This document shows positions 21,247 to 31,615 of a DNA stretch of 64,000 nt, one piece after another. Source of the DNA: an uncultured Nitrosomonadales bacterium (GTDB lineage Bacteria > Pseudomonadota > Gammaproteobacteria > Burkholderiales > Gallionellaceae); contig CAIOSY010000055.1 of the NCBI GenBank assembly GCA_903861075.1, positions 8,877-72,876 of the forward strand, in the 5' to 3' direction. How positions within the stretch are numbered: position 1 is the stretch's first letter; the number at the start of each line of letters is the position of its first letter. The notes beneath the pieces are model-generated. The model was given only the letters and a program-made list of their open reading frames with translations, did not search any database and was not told the DNA's origin. The translations under genes and the position numbers were made by a program.

Positions 21247-22416
21247 ATGTTTGAAATAATGGAGCCTGAATCTCAGGATGCAGTGATCAGAGTGATCGGC
21301 GTGGGTGGTTGTGGTAGTAATGCGGTTGATCATATGATTGAGCAAGGTGTTCAGGGTGTGGAATTCATCGCGATCAATACTGATGCGCAAGCATTGAACC
21401 GCAGTAAAGCAACGACACAATTGCAAATTGGTATCAATATCACCAAAGGTTTGGGAGCGGGTGCGAAGCCTGCTGTTGGACGAGCGGCAGCTGAAGAAGA
21501 TCGCGAACGTATTCGAGAGATAATACGCGGTGCGAATATGGTGTTTATCACCGCCGGTATGGGTGGAGGAACAGGGACGGGCGCAGCTCCTATCGTGGCA
21601 CAAATTGCGCGTGAAATGAATATCTTGACTGTGGCTGTCGTCACAAAGCCATTCAGCTATGAGGGCAATCGTATGCGTTTGGCCGTCGAAGGTGTGAAGG
21701 CGTTGCAAGAGCATGTTGATTCGTTGATCATCGTGCCAAACTCCAAATTGATGGAAGTATTGGGTAATGATGTTACCGTGCCGGAAGCATTTAAAGCCGC
21801 TAACGGTGTGTTGCAAGGTGCCGTTGCAGGTATTGCGGAAGTCATCAATGTGCCGGGTTTGATTAACGTCGACTTTGCCGACGTACGTACCGTGATGTCA
21901 GAAAATGGCATGGCTATGATGGGATCTGCTGTTGCATCAGGCCCGACACGCGCACAGGATGCGGCAAGACGCGCCATTGCAAGTCCTTTACTCGAGGATA
22001 TTGACATGACTGGTGCTCGCGGTGTCCTGGTTAATATTACCTCCACCAGTTCCCTTAAAGTCAAAGAGATGGAAGACGTGATGGCGTGTGTGCAGTTTGC
22101 TGCTGAGGAAGCAACCGTGATACTCGGTTCTGTATTCGATGAATCCATGGGCGATGATTTGCGTGTGACAGTGGTGGCAACGGGCCTGGGTTTGCCGGCA
22201 GAACGCAAGCAAGTGAAGCCGGAAGTCGTTTATATAGATGAAGAGTATAAGAGAACAGGTACGCATGATATGCCTGTATCCAACATCAATTACGCAGATC
22301 TGGAAATGCCTACGGTGATTCGAACAAATCACCGTCGTGCGGCAGTGGATGCCATGGAAAAATCGGGTGTGGATACTTACGATATTCCTTCATTTCTGCG
22401 CCGACAGGCAGACTAA
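21247..22416 (+). CDS. ftsZ: cell division protein FtsZ
   Basis: GGGTGTG signature, NVDFADV and the C-terminal DIPSFLRRQAD. AGAGGAG SD precedes ATG 21247. Confidence 0.99.
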   Translation: MFEIMEPESQDAVIRVIGVGGCGSNAVDHMIEQGVQGVEFIAINTDAQALNRSKATTQLQIGINITKGLGAGAKPAVGRAAAEEDRERIREIIRGANMVFITAGMGGGTGTGAAPIVAQIAREMNILTVAVVTKPFSYEGNRMRLAVEGVKALQEHVDSLIIVPNSKLMEVLGNDVTVPEAFKAANGVLQGAVAGIAEVINVPGLINVDFADVRTVMSENGMAMMGSAVASGPTRAQDAARRAIASPLLEDIDMTGARGVLVNITSTSSLKVKEMEDVMACVQFAAEEATVILGSVFDESMGDDLRVTVVATGLGLPAERKQVKPEVVYIDEEYKRTGTHDMPVSNINYADLEMPTVIRTNHRRAAVDAMEKSGVDTYDIPSFLRRQAD

Positions 22417-22434
22417 AGATATTCATTGCAAGGG

Positions 22435-22482
22435 GATAGATGCGTGGAGGGCTTAGCTTCTCGCGCGCAATCTATCTTTTTT
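22435..22482 (+). terminator. intrinsic terminator after ftsZ
   Basis: GATAGAT/ATCTATC stem with inner GCG/CGC pairing, followed by T6. Confidence 0.65.
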
Positions 22483-22597
22483 GCCTGTATTGAGCTTGTA
22501 CCATTCGGTTTTTATAACGCGCAGGGGATGAAATGAGTGTCGTGCGATTCATTTCAATCTTACGGGTTGGCAGGGTGATTTAAACAAGGGGTTGGTT

Positions 22598-22924
22598 ATG
22601 AAATTGCTTAAAAAAATTGTGTTCACGACTCTGCTTGTGTTCAATGCAGGCTGTGCCAGCGATATGATTGATGTGCGCGCAGGCTCTGAGCGTGTATCTT
22701 TGGCCGATGCGAATCAAGTTACAAGTTGCCAGTCCAAGGGAAAAATTACGGTAAGCGTGCTTGCTAAAGTGGGATTTATTAATCGCAGTGTGGAAGATGT
22801 CGAAGCAAATTTGTTGCAATTGGCACGTAATGGCGCGGCTGAAGTTGGTGCTGATACTGTCGTCAAGGATGAATTGGTGGTTATCGGTAAGCGCACTTTC
22901 GCGATGTACAAGTGTCGGAAATAA
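22598..22924 (+). CDS. DUF4156-family small lipoprotein
   Basis: Lipobox-like NAGC. The C...V.V.VLAKVGFINR...LARN.A...GADTV pattern recalls DUF4156. Confidence 0.75.
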   Translation: MKLLKKIVFTTLLVFNAGCASDMIDVRAGSERVSLADANQVTSCQSKGKITVSVLAKVGFINRSVEDVEANLLQLARNGAAEVGADTVVKDELVVIGKRTFAMYKCRK

Positions 22925-23216
22925 AAACGTTGTAGTCAGACATCAATTTTTTGCATTTTGCATGAATTGACATGCCATTGCATCGTTCAGTTTAAAAATC
23001 TGGCCACGCCGGGATATGCGAGAAAGGACTTCATCGGGGCTATGGCAGATAAAAATTACGAGCGAGGAACTAAACGGCTGAGCGTACCTGGTTTTAGCGA
23101 TTATTTTTGGCAATATACAGGGCGTTGTAAGTCGCACTGCTTATCTCTGCCGCGAACGGGTATCGCACACGCTGCCAAAGCAAGTCGAATAGGTTCGGCT
23201 ATGTTAGAATTAAGCC

Positions 23217-24140
23217 ATGATACTTCCCTCTAAAAAACCCATGGTTAAGCAACGTACTTTAAAAACGTCTGTTAGTGTGACGGGGGTTGGCTTGCACAGC
23301 GGTGAAAAAGTGACCTTGTCATTGCGGCCCGGTTTAATCAATAGCGGTATTGTATTCAGGCGTATGGATACCAAGCCTGTAGAGGAAATTCAGGCGCGCG
23401 CCCATTTGGTTCACGATACGCGACTTTCAACCTGCATGGAGCAAAATGGGGTGCGTATTGCCACTATCGAGCATCTTATGTCCGCGCTGGCCGGCTTGGG
23501 AATAGATAACGCAATCGTTGAAATGGATGGGGCTGAAGTGCCGATTATGGACGGGAGTGCAGGCACATTTATTTTTCTACTCCAGTCTGCAGGGATTATT
23601 GAGCAGTCCGCTGCCAAAAAATTTATACGTATCAAAAAGTCTGTAGAAGTGATTCAAGGTGATAAATGGGTTAAATTCGAGCCTTACAACGGCTATAAAT
23701 TAACTTTCACCATCAATTTTGCCCATCCTGTTTTTGCCAATACCCGCCAGCATGTAACGGTTGATTTGGATGAACACACTTATATTCGAGATATCAGTCG
23801 TGCAAGAACATTCGGCTTTATGCAGGATGTTGAAAGTATGCGCGCGCAAGGTCTGGCGCTGGGTGGCAGTCTGGATAATGCCATTGTGATGGATGAATAC
23901 CGTGTTCTTAATGCCGATGGTCTGCGTTTTGAAGATGAGTTTGTTAAGCATAAAGTGCTTGATGCGATAGGGGATTTATATTTGCTAGGGCATGCCGTGA
24001 TTGGTGCATTTTCGGGTTTTAAATCAGGTCATGCACTTAATAATGCCTTGTTGAGAGCTGTGCTGGCAGACGCTGAGGCATGGGAGTTTGTTACCTTTGA
24101 TAATGCAAAAGATGCCCCGGATTTTTTGCAGCAAGCTTAA
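23217..24140 (+). CDS. lpxC: UDP-3-O-acyl-GlcNAc deacetylase
   Basis: [31 protein letters not shown] and KSGH motifs. Start is 23217 (possibly leaderless) or 23241. Confidence 0.97.
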   Translation: MILPSKKPMVKQRTLKTSVSVTGVGLHSGEKVTLSLRPGLINSGIVFRRMDTKPVEEIQARAHLVHDTRLSTCMEQNGVRIATIEHLMSALAGLGIDNAIVEMDGAEVPIMDGSAGTFIFLLQSAGIIEQSAAKKFIRIKKSVEVIQGDKWVKFEPYNGYKLTFTINFAHPVFANTRQHVTVDLDEHTYIRDISRARTFGFMQDVESMRAQGLALGGSLDNAIVMDEYRVLNADGLRFEDEFVKHKVLDAIGDLYLLGHAVIGAFSGFKSGHALNNALLRAVLADAEAWEFVTFDNAKDAPDFLQQA

Positions 24141-24161
24141 TTTGAAAGTCGGGCGGTATTG

Positions 24162-24362
24162 ATGTTGATCTTACGCTTAACGTTATTCCTGATCGCCCTT
24201 TTGCTGGTTTTATCCGGCGGAATGTATCTTTTTACGCGTAATCGACGCTACCTGCGGTTTGCATGGCAAACGGTACGTTTTGCGATATTCTTGATCGTGC
24301 TGTTTGGTTTGTTGTTTGTGCTGGAACGCTATGTCCTGGTGGCATGGCGTGTTTTTTTATAG
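24162..24362 (+). CDS. small two-TM membrane protein
   Basis: Two hydrophobic helices flanking RNRRYLRFAW; follows lpxC closely. Confidence 0.75.
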   Translation: MLILRLTLFLIALLLVLSGGMYLFTRNRRYLRFAWQTVRFAIFLIVLFGLLFVLERYVLVAWRVFL

Positions 24363-24365
24363 CCA

Positions 24366-24788
24366 TTAAGAAGTTTTTCGCGAGAGTTTTTCCAGTGCAA
24401 GTTTGAGAGGGGATTCCTTCAGCATCTGGCTGAGTTCTAGCAGTTCGTGCTCGGCCCTGTGGCTAAGTTTTCGCGGTGTTTTCTTTGGCGTCAAGGGTTC
24501 AAAACTGACTTGTACTTTAACTCTGATGTTGTTCACCCGGCAGCCGCGGTCCTGAAGTTTCACCGCTAAGTCAGGTGCCAATTGTCGTAGTTTTGCTGCC
24601 AGCGTTCCGTTGGGTGCGGCGATGCTCAATGAACCCTGGTGTAGCCCGAGTACCTGGCAGGAGTGAGCAAGATAACCCGGCAGTACATAGTTTAGTTGCT
24701 GTTGGAGTTCGGTCAGTATTTGCGCGCTGGAGAGTAATGTACGCAATTCCTGATTGTCGCTCATGAGTGTTTTAAAGCGTTGTGGCAT
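24366..24788 (-). CDS. dciA: DciA / DUF721 family helicase-loading protein
   Basis: L.I.A.NG.LAAKLRQL.P.L...L...G..V..I.VKV pattern; usual position between lpxC and secA. ATG at 24788. Confidence 0.85.
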   Translation of the reverse strand: MPQRFKTLMSDNQELRTLLSSAQILTELQQQLNYVLPGYLAHSCQVLGLHQGSLSIAAPNGTLAAKLRQLAPDLAVKLQDRGCRVNNIRVKVQVSFEPLTPKKTPRKLSHRAEHELLELSQMLKESPLKLALEKLSRKTS

Positions 24789-25130
24789 AGGCGTATGCAG
24801 TAATGAAGGGTGGTATGCGATGGTATGCCAATTTTTGAGCTGCAAACGTATTTGTTAAATTATATTTTGAAGATGTCTGTAGCGTATGCTTTTTTGGGCT
24901 GACGTCTGTCATGCTTCGTGCGATACGCTGACTCAATATGGTAATATATCCAAGCTGTCCTATGTGTACGTGGCTATTTGATGCAAGGGTTGATGATGCC
25001 ACCGGATGTCGTGGGAAGAATCGCGCATTCTGGCGTGCGCACGGTGTGTGACGGTAGGTACAACTAATTGATTGCTTTAATTTATAAGGGCTAGAGGGCT
25101 GTAATAGTCCCGCCCGGTGGTTGAGAAAAC

Positions 25131-27848
25131 ATGATTTCAAAAGCATTAAAAAGTATTTTTGGTAGTCGTAATGATCGCCTTCTTAAACAGTATCGTTCAT
25201 CCGTAAAAGAGATCAATAAGCTCGAGGCGGATATTGCGGTCTTGAGTGATGCGCAGTTGCGTGAGAAAACGGATCAGTTTAAGCAGCGCTTCTCGCAAGG
25301 GGAGACACTGGATGCGATGTTGTCTGAGGCCTTTGCTGTCGTTCGCGAGGGTAGTGCCCGTGCGCTTGGTATGCGGCATTACGATGTACAGTTGATCGGC
25401 GGGATGGTGTTGCACTCAGGGAAGATAGCCGAAATGCGTACCGGTGAAGGTAAAACCCTGATGGCAACCTTGCCCGTTTATCTGAATGCGATTACGGGGC
25501 GTGGTGTGCATGTGGTCACGGTTAATGATTATCTTGCGGCTCGTGATGCGGCGTGGATGGGGCGGTTGTACAATTTTCTGGGCTTGTCCGTGGGCGTGAT
25601 TGTATCTCAGATGCCATCAGATGAAAAACAGCTTGCCTATGCTGCTGATATTACCTACGGTACCAATAATGAATTTGGTTTTGATTACTTGCGTGACAAT
25701 ATGGCAAGTCAGATGGGTGAGCGTTTTCAACGCCCGCTGAATTATGCCATTGTCGATGAGGTTGATTCTATATTGATAGATGAGGCTCGTACCCCTTTGA
25801 TTATTTCCGGGCAGGCGGAAGGCGATGTCGCTGTCTATCTGAAAATCAATGAGTTGGTTAAGCAGCTAGTGCGTCAAAAAGAAGAAGACAGTCGCGGTGA
25901 TTATTTTGTTGACGAAAAAAATCATCAAATACTGCTGTCTGAGATGGGGCATGAACACGCTGAAAACATTCTAACGGAAGCGGGTCTGCTGCCAGTCAAT
26001 GGTAGCTTATATGATGCCGCCAACATCAGCCTGATCCATCATTTATATGCAGCACTACGTGCGCATTCCTTGTATTACAAGGATCAAAACTATGTGGTTC
26101 AAGAGGGCGAAGTCGTTATTGTCGATGAGCATACCGGACGATTGATGTCGGGGCGTCGCTGGTCGGATGGGCTGCATCAGGCGGTCGAAGCCAAGGAAGG
26201 CGTCGATATTAAGAAGGAAAATCAGACGCTAGCTTCAATTACTTTCCAGAACTATTTCCGTATGTACGGTAAATTGGGCGGTATGACAGGGACGGCGGAT
26301 ACCGAAGCTTATGAGTTTCAACAAATTTATAATTTGGAAACGGTTATTATTCCACCACATCGCCCAACGATACGTGTCGATATGATGGATAAGGTGTATC
26401 TAACGGCAATGGAAAAGTATCGTGCGGTGATCGTCGATATTAAAGAATGTTACGAGCGAGGTCAGCCGGTTTTGGTCGGAACGACGTCGATTGAAAATTC
26501 CGAATTGCTCTCGCATCTGCTGGAAAAAGAAAATTTGCCGCACCAGGTTCTTAATGCCAAGCAACATGCGCGTGAGGCGGAGATTGTGGCTCAGGCGGGT
26601 GCGCCTAAAATGGTGACTATCGCGACTAATATGGCGGGGCGAGGCACAGATATTGTTCTTGGCGGTAGTATAGAAAAACAAATCGATGCAGTTCGTGTTG
26701 ATGAAACGCTGGATGCAGAGTTAAAAAATACGCGCATTACTCAATTGAAGTCGGATTGGAAAATCGTGCATGAGCAAGTGCTAGCCAGCGGAGGCTTGCA
26801 TATCATAGGTACGGAACGTCATGAATCCCGGCGTGTGGATAATCAATTGAGAGGGCGGTCCGGTCGTCAGGGTGATCCGGGATCCAGTCGTTTTTATCTG
26901 TCACTTGAAGATCCATTACTGCGTATTTTTGCCTCTGATCGCGTCACGGCAATTATGAATAAGTTTAAATTGCCGGAGGGTGAGGCGATTGAGCATACCT
27001 GGGTGACGCGGGCCATTGAAAATGCACAGCGCAAGGTTGAGGCGCGTAACTTCGATATGCGTAAGCAAATTCTTGAATATGATGATGTGGCGAATGATCA
27101 GCGCAAGGTGATCTACCAGCAGCGGACTGAATTGCTCGAAAGCGATGATATTACGGCAACGGTTAGTGGGATGCGTGATAGTGTTTTGAATGATACGATC
27201 AGTCAGTATATTGCTCCGCATAGCATGGAAGAGCAGTGGGAAGTGGCGACGCTGGAAAATACACTGGCGAGTGAGTTCAGGTTGGAATTACCGCTCGCGC
27301 AATGGCTGGAAGAAGATAATCACTTAAATGAAGCGGGTTTGCGCACGCGCGTGTTTGAATCGGCCCATGCGCACTATCAGGCTAAGGTGGATTTAGTAGG
27401 TGCGGAGGCAATGCATCATTATGAGCGCGCCATCATGCTGCAAAGTGTCGATACGCATTGGCGCGAGCATTTGTCAGCGCTTGATCAATTGCGTCAAGGA
27501 ATACATTTGCGTGGTTATGCGCAAAAAAATCCTAAGCAGGAATACAAACGAGAGGCATTCGAGTTGTTTTCAACGATGCTGGATGTGATTAAACGGGAAG
27601 TGACGCAAATTCTGATGACAGTACAAGTTCGCAGCGAAGCGGAGATTGAGTCGGTAGAAACTGTGACAGCTGTTGAAAATGTACAGTATCATCATGCTGA
27701 ATATGAAGAAGCTCAGTCAGACGAGGTAGCGGCAAGAGATGAGGAGTTGCAACCCTTTGTGCGTGATGGTAAGAAGGTTGGGCGCAATGATCCCTGTCCG
27801 TGTGGTTCAGGTCGAAAATACAAACAGTGTCATGGACAGTTAACTTAA
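25131..27848 (+). CDS. secA: preprotein translocase ATPase SecA
   Basis: [24 protein letters not shown] and [11 protein letters not shown] motifs; SEC-C motif [19 protein letters not shown]. Confidence 0.99.
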   Translation: MISKALKSIFGSRNDRLLKQYRSSVKEINKLEADIAVLSDAQLREKTDQFKQRFSQGETLDAMLSEAFAVVREGSARALGMRHYDVQLIGGMVLHSGKIAEMRTGEGKTLMATLPVYLNAITGRGVHVVTVNDYLAARDAAWMGRLYNFLGLSVGVIVSQMPSDEKQLAYAADITYGTNNEFGFDYLRDNMASQMGERFQRPLNYAIVDEVDSILIDEARTPLIISGQAEGDVAVYLKINELVKQLVRQKEEDSRGDYFVDEKNHQILLSEMGHEHAENILTEAGLLPVNGSLYDAANISLIHHLYAALRAHSLYYKDQNYVVQEGEVVIVDEHTGRLMSGRRWSDGLHQAVEAKEGVDIKKENQTLASITFQNYFRMYGKLGGMTGTADTEAYEFQQIYNLETVIIPPHRPTIRVDMMDKVYLTAMEKYRAVIVDIKECYERGQPVLVGTTSIENSELLSHLLEKENLPHQVLNAKQHAREAEIVAQAGAPKMVTIATNMAGRGTDIVLGGSIEKQIDAVRVDETLDAELKNTRITQLKSDWKIVHEQVLASGGLHIIGTERHESRRVDNQLRGRSGRQGDPGSSRFYLSLEDPLLRIFASDRVTAIMNKFKLPEGEAIEHTWVTRAIENAQRKVEARNFDMRKQILEYDDVANDQRKVIYQQRTELLESDDITATVSGMRDSVLNDTISQYIAPHSMEEQWEVATLENTLASEFRLELPLAQWLEEDNHLNEAGLRTRVFESAHAHYQAKVDLVGAEAMHHYERAIMLQSVDTHWREHLSALDQLRQGIHLRGYAQKNPKQEYKREAFELFSTMLDVIKREVTQILMTVQVRSEAEIESVETVTAVENVQYHHAEYEEAQSDEVAARDEELQPFVRDGKKVGRNDPCPCGSGRKYKQCHGQLT

Positions 27849-27858
27849 GGAGAATACG

Positions 27859-28344
27859 ATGTCATTAGTAATTGATACGCTACGCACTTCACCCGTTACC
27901 GAGGAGTTAAGTGAAGCGGAAGTTGAAATTCTGGCAACATTGTTTGAGGTGCAGGATTATCAAACCGGCGACATTATTGTTCAGCCCAATGATAATCAAC
28001 CTGATAATTTGTACATTCTGGCCTACGGCGATATCGAAGTTAAAATCGAAAGTGGCGGCGAAGAATCAACCGTTCATGTTCTCAAGCCCGGTGATCTGGC
28101 GGGTATGATTACCTTCGCAGGTGGCGCTGCAACTCATATTACGGCAACACTTTATGCCATGGGACCTACTAAAGTGTTGAGCATGGGAAGAACACGGTTT
28201 GAAACGCTGATCAATTCACATCCTATGCTGGTTTATCGCGTGATGCGCGGTATTATTCGTAATATGCACGGCATCGTGCGCAGGGTAAATATTGAATCGG
28301 CTGAGTTATCGAATTATATTTACAAGACCGGTGGTCGTTACTAG
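27859..28344 (+). CDS. stand-alone cyclic-nucleotide-binding-domain protein (no HTH)
   Basis: cNMP beta-barrel pattern (LYIL..G.IEV...LKPGDLAG) followed by a C-helix; only 161 aa. Confidence 0.8.
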   Translation: MSLVIDTLRTSPVTEELSEAEVEILATLFEVQDYQTGDIIVQPNDNQPDNLYILAYGDIEVKIESGGEESTVHVLKPGDLAGMITFAGGAATHITATLYAMGPTKVLSMGRTRFETLINSHPMLVYRVMRGIIRNMHGIVRRVNIESAELSNYIYKTGGRY

Positions 28345-28362
28345 ATAAGCAGGAGAAATTTC

Positions 28363-29592
28363 ATGCCGGTTAATTTGCATCCGCCTGTGGCGGCGTTATT
28401 GTTGCCCGTCTCTGGCGTCTCTATGGGGATTGCGCAGGCGAATATTAAACGTGAAAATCGCAATGATTTGCTGGTAATACAGTTATGCGATGGGACGCGG
28501 GTCGCTGGCGTGTTTACTAAAAACCGGTTTTGTGCTGCGCCCGTGATCGTCGCGCGTGAGCATTTAGCCGTTGATAATGGCATTCGGGCTCTGGTCATCA
28601 ATACAGGTAATGCGAATGCAGGCACGGGTGAGCAGGGTTTGCAGGATGCGCGTGCTACGTGTGACGCACTGGCAGGTTTGCTTGGCTGTGAAGCGACGCA
28701 AATCCTTCCTTTCTCAACGGGTGTCATTATGGAAGCCTTGCCGGTGGCGAAAATTGCAGCCGGTCTGCCTGCTGCCGTTGCCAATACAGTGCCGGATAAC
28801 TGGTTTGACGCGGCTCATGCCATTATGACCACGGACATTGTTGCAAAGGCAATTTCAAAACAAGTCGTTGTGGATGGTGTGACCGTGACCATTACCGGGA
28901 TTGCCAAAGGGTCGGGCATGATACATCCGAACATGGCAACGATGCTAGGCTACATCGCGACCGATGCAGCGATTGCACAACCCTTATTGCAACAGATGGT
29001 GACGACCGCTGCAAATACCTCATTCAACTGTATTACCGTCGATGGTGACACGTCTACCAACGACGCGTTGATGCTGATTGCGACCGGACAGTCTGCTTTG
29101 CCTGAAGTTAATCTAGTATCTGCCAGTGCCGCGCGCGTCTTGCAAGATGCGATTACCGGGGTGGCGATTTACTTGGCGCAAGCGATTGTGCGGGATGGTG
29201 AAGGTGCGACCAAATTCATCACGGTTAAGCTCGAAGGCGGGAGAGATGAAGCGGAGTGTAAGAAAATTGGCTACGCAATCGCCCATTCGCCGCTGGTAAA
29301 AACGGCATTTTTTGCATCAGATCCTAATCTGGGACGCATACTTGCCGCGATTGGTTATGCTGATGTGGAAGATCTGGATGTGTCGGCGTTGCAGCTTTAT
29401 TTGGATGATGTGCTGGTTGCTGAAAAAGGCGGGCGTGCAGCGAGTTATCAAGAGGCGGACGGTCAGCGCGTGATGCAGCAATCAGATATTACCATCCGTG
29501 TTGTACTTAATCGCGGCTTGGTTAATCAGACCCTGTGGACGTGTGATTTTTCTTATGATTACGTAAAAATAAACGCCAGTTACAGAAGCTAA
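28363..29592 (+). CDS. argJ: bifunctional ornithine acetyltransferase / N-acetylglutamate synthase
   Basis: [28 protein letters not shown] and DGEGATK motifs. Confidence 0.98.
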   Translation: MPVNLHPPVAALLLPVSGVSMGIAQANIKRENRNDLLVIQLCDGTRVAGVFTKNRFCAAPVIVAREHLAVDNGIRALVINTGNANAGTGEQGLQDARATCDALAGLLGCEATQILPFSTGVIMEALPVAKIAAGLPAAVANTVPDNWFDAAHAIMTTDIVAKAISKQVVVDGVTVTITGIAKGSGMIHPNMATMLGYIATDAAIAQPLLQQMVTTAANTSFNCITVDGDTSTNDALMLIATGQSALPEVNLVSASAARVLQDAITGVAIYLAQAIVRDGEGATKFITVKLEGGRDEAECKKIGYAIAHSPLVKTAFFASDPNLGRILAAIGYADVEDLDVSALQLYLDDVLVAEKGGRAASYQEADGQRVMQQSDITIRVVLNRGLVNQTLWTCDFSYDYVKINASYRS

Positions 29593-29626
29593 GTTACAAC
29601 GCATTTTGCACAGGGTTTGAATTTTC

Positions 29627-30493
29627 ATGAACAAGCTCGATCAGTTTCTTACTCGCGCAGAAGGTTTGCTGTTTCGTTTGGAACGTGCTTTGCCGGGTAG
29701 TTCGCCGATAGCACCGGACTGGCATGCGGCTGCGGCATTTCGTTGGGAACACAGCCAGCGTAGATTGTGTCCCGTGACGAACTTTCAGCGCATACAATTG
29801 GCCGATCTGCTCGGTATTGACGATCAAAAAAAACGTATACAGCAAAACACCCTGCAATTTGTAAAAGGGGGAACTGCGAACAATGTATTGCTATCCGGTG
29901 CACGCGGTACGGGAAAGTCCTCATTAGTTAAAGCACTCCTGAATGAATATGCTCAAGTTGGCTTGCGTGTGATTCAAGTTGACAAGCAAGGTCTGGTTGA
30001 TTTGCCGCTTATTGTGAACCTGGTGCAAGATAGAACTGAGCGTTTTATTCTTTATTGCGATGACCTTTCATTTAATGTAGACGAGGATGGCTATCAATCA
30101 CTTAAGGCCGCCCTGGATGGAGATCTGGTTGCTTTTTCCGATAATCTGCTGATTTATGCTACGTCAAATCGTCGCCATCTCATGCCGGACTCCATGGCGG
30201 ACAATCTGGCTACCAAATATGTTGGCGATGAAATTCATCCTGCGGAAAGCGTAGAGGAAAAAGTTTCGTTGTCAGAACGTTTTGGATTGTGGATTTCTTT
30301 TTATCCCTTCAGTCAGGACGAGTATCTGGCGATTGCTGCACGTTGGTTGCAACACCATGGTTGGCGAGGAGGGTTAACGGCTGAGGCACGCAGTGCAGCA
30401 CTGCAATGGTCGCTGTTGCGGGGTGCTCGCAGCGGTCGCGTAGCCTGCCAGTTTGCCAGGGATTGGTGTGGTATGCACACCTCTGTCGTTTAG
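29627..30493 (+). CDS. AAA+ ATPase, DUF815 family
   Basis: GARGTGKSS (Walker A), CDDLSF, ATSNRRHL and EEKVSLSERFGL motifs. Confidence 0.92.
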   Translation: MNKLDQFLTRAEGLLFRLERALPGSSPIAPDWHAAAAFRWEHSQRRLCPVTNFQRIQLADLLGIDDQKKRIQQNTLQFVKGGTANNVLLSGARGTGKSSLVKALLNEYAQVGLRVIQVDKQGLVDLPLIVNLVQDRTERFILYCDDLSFNVDEDGYQSLKAALDGDLVAFSDNLLIYATSNRRHLMPDSMADNLATKYVGDEIHPAESVEEKVSLSERFGLWISFYPFSQDEYLAIAARWLQHHGWRGGLTAEARSAALQWSLLRGARSGRVACQFARDWCGMHTSVV

Positions 30494-30509
30494 TGCGCTC
30501 CGTCTTGTG

Positions 30510-31442
30510 ATGCTCCCTATTGTTGACGTTGCAGCGGCTGTTTTGCTACGCCCGGATGGTTCCTTCTTGCTTGCACAGCGGCCTGCTGACAAAATCTGGG
30601 CGGGATACTGGGAATTTCCGGGTGGCAAGGTTGAAGAGGGAGAGACTAAGCATGAGGCTCTGATCCGTGAATTACGCGAGGAGCTGGGAATCTCGGTGCT
30701 CACTGCTTATCCTTGGATTACGCGCGTGTTCCCCTATCCTCATGCCACGATACGTTTAAGTTTTTTTCGGGTAACTGAATGGCTGGGCGAAATATCCGCG
30801 CTTGAAGGGCAGAGATTTTCCTGGCAAATGCCAGCAGCGGTTGAGGTTGAACCGGTTTTGCCAGCCAATATTTCTATCTTACGCGCGCTTCAACTCCCCG
30901 CTTTATATGCAATTAGTAATGTCGCTGAATTGGGGGTGGGCGTTTTCCTGGAAAGATTAAAAACGCAATTAAATGCAGGGCTAAAAATGATACAGTTGCG
31001 CGAAAAGGCGATGTCACAAACCGATTTTTGTCAATTAGCTCAGCAGGTGGTCATCATGGCTCATGCGCAGGGCGCAAAGGTGTTACTTAATGCGGACGTT
31101 GAACTGGCTAAGGTTGTGGGGGCCGATGGCGTACAGTTAACCTCGTCTCAGTTGGCAACAGTTGCCCAACGCCCCGATCTGGCATGGTGTGCCGCATCTT
31201 GTCATTCGACTGAAGAGTTGTATCGTGCGCAAACATTGGGGTGTGATTTCGCTTTGCTCAGCCCTGTTCTTGCCACACAGAGTCACCCCGGTGCGGCATC
31301 GTTAGGATGGGAGCGCTTTGCCGCCATTTCGGCGGGTGCGGCTATCCCTGTATATGCGTTGGGAGGATTGACCCGTCTGGATAACACGCTTGCCTGGCGG
31401 CATGGTGCGCAGGGAATTGCGTTGCTGCGTCAGGCTTGGTAG
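30510..31442 (+). CDS. MutT-like Nudix hydrolase fused to a thiamine-phosphate-synthase-like (TenI) barrel
   Basis: Nudix box GGKVEEGETKHEALIRELREELG; C-terminal IQLREK, SCH, LSPVLATQSHP and YALGG. Confidence 0.92.
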   Translation: MLPIVDVAAAVLLRPDGSFLLAQRPADKIWAGYWEFPGGKVEEGETKHEALIRELREELGISVLTAYPWITRVFPYPHATIRLSFFRVTEWLGEISALEGQRFSWQMPAAVEVEPVLPANISILRALQLPALYAISNVAELGVGVFLERLKTQLNAGLKMIQLREKAMSQTDFCQLAQQVVIMAHAQGAKVLLNADVELAKVVGADGVQLTSSQLATVAQRPDLAWCAASCHSTEELYRAQTLGCDFALLSPVLATQSHPGAASLGWERFAAISAGAAIPVYALGGLTRLDNTLAWRHGAQGIALLRQAW

Positions 31443-31615
31443 TTCGGCTTTGTAAAATCCGTTTCAGGTAATTCGACGCGAAATTCTTCGTCAGCCCATT
31501 TACCCAAATCAATCATTTTGCAGCGTTCACAACAAAACGGGCGAAAGCGGTTCTGAGTGTCCCAGGCAGATTCTTTGCCGCAGTGCGGACAAGCGACAAC
31601 GGGTATTTTGGTCAT
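31430..31615 (-). CDS. yacG: DNA gyrase inhibitor YacG
   Basis: CPHC...RPFCCERCKMIDLGKWA; start overlaps the zapD stop. Confidence 0.93.
   Translation of the reverse strand: MTKIPVVACPHCGKESAWDTQNRFRPFCCERCKMIDLGKWADEEFRVELPETDFTKPNYQA

Noticed and set aside
21232-21816. 194-aa antisense ORF over ftsZ, and many similar 60-190-aa ORFs opposite dcw, secA, ilvD, hyp/hox and polA
   Set aside because: Shadow ORFs of strongly conserved genes; no motifs, SD or independent context.
22958-23233. 91-aa ORF between the DUF4156 gene and lpxC
   Set aside because: No SD, no recognisable motif, and it overlaps the lpxC promoter and start.
30510-31442. Nudix-TenI fusion as a novelty
   Set aside because: A common, already described fusion at this locus in beta- and gammaproteobacteria.
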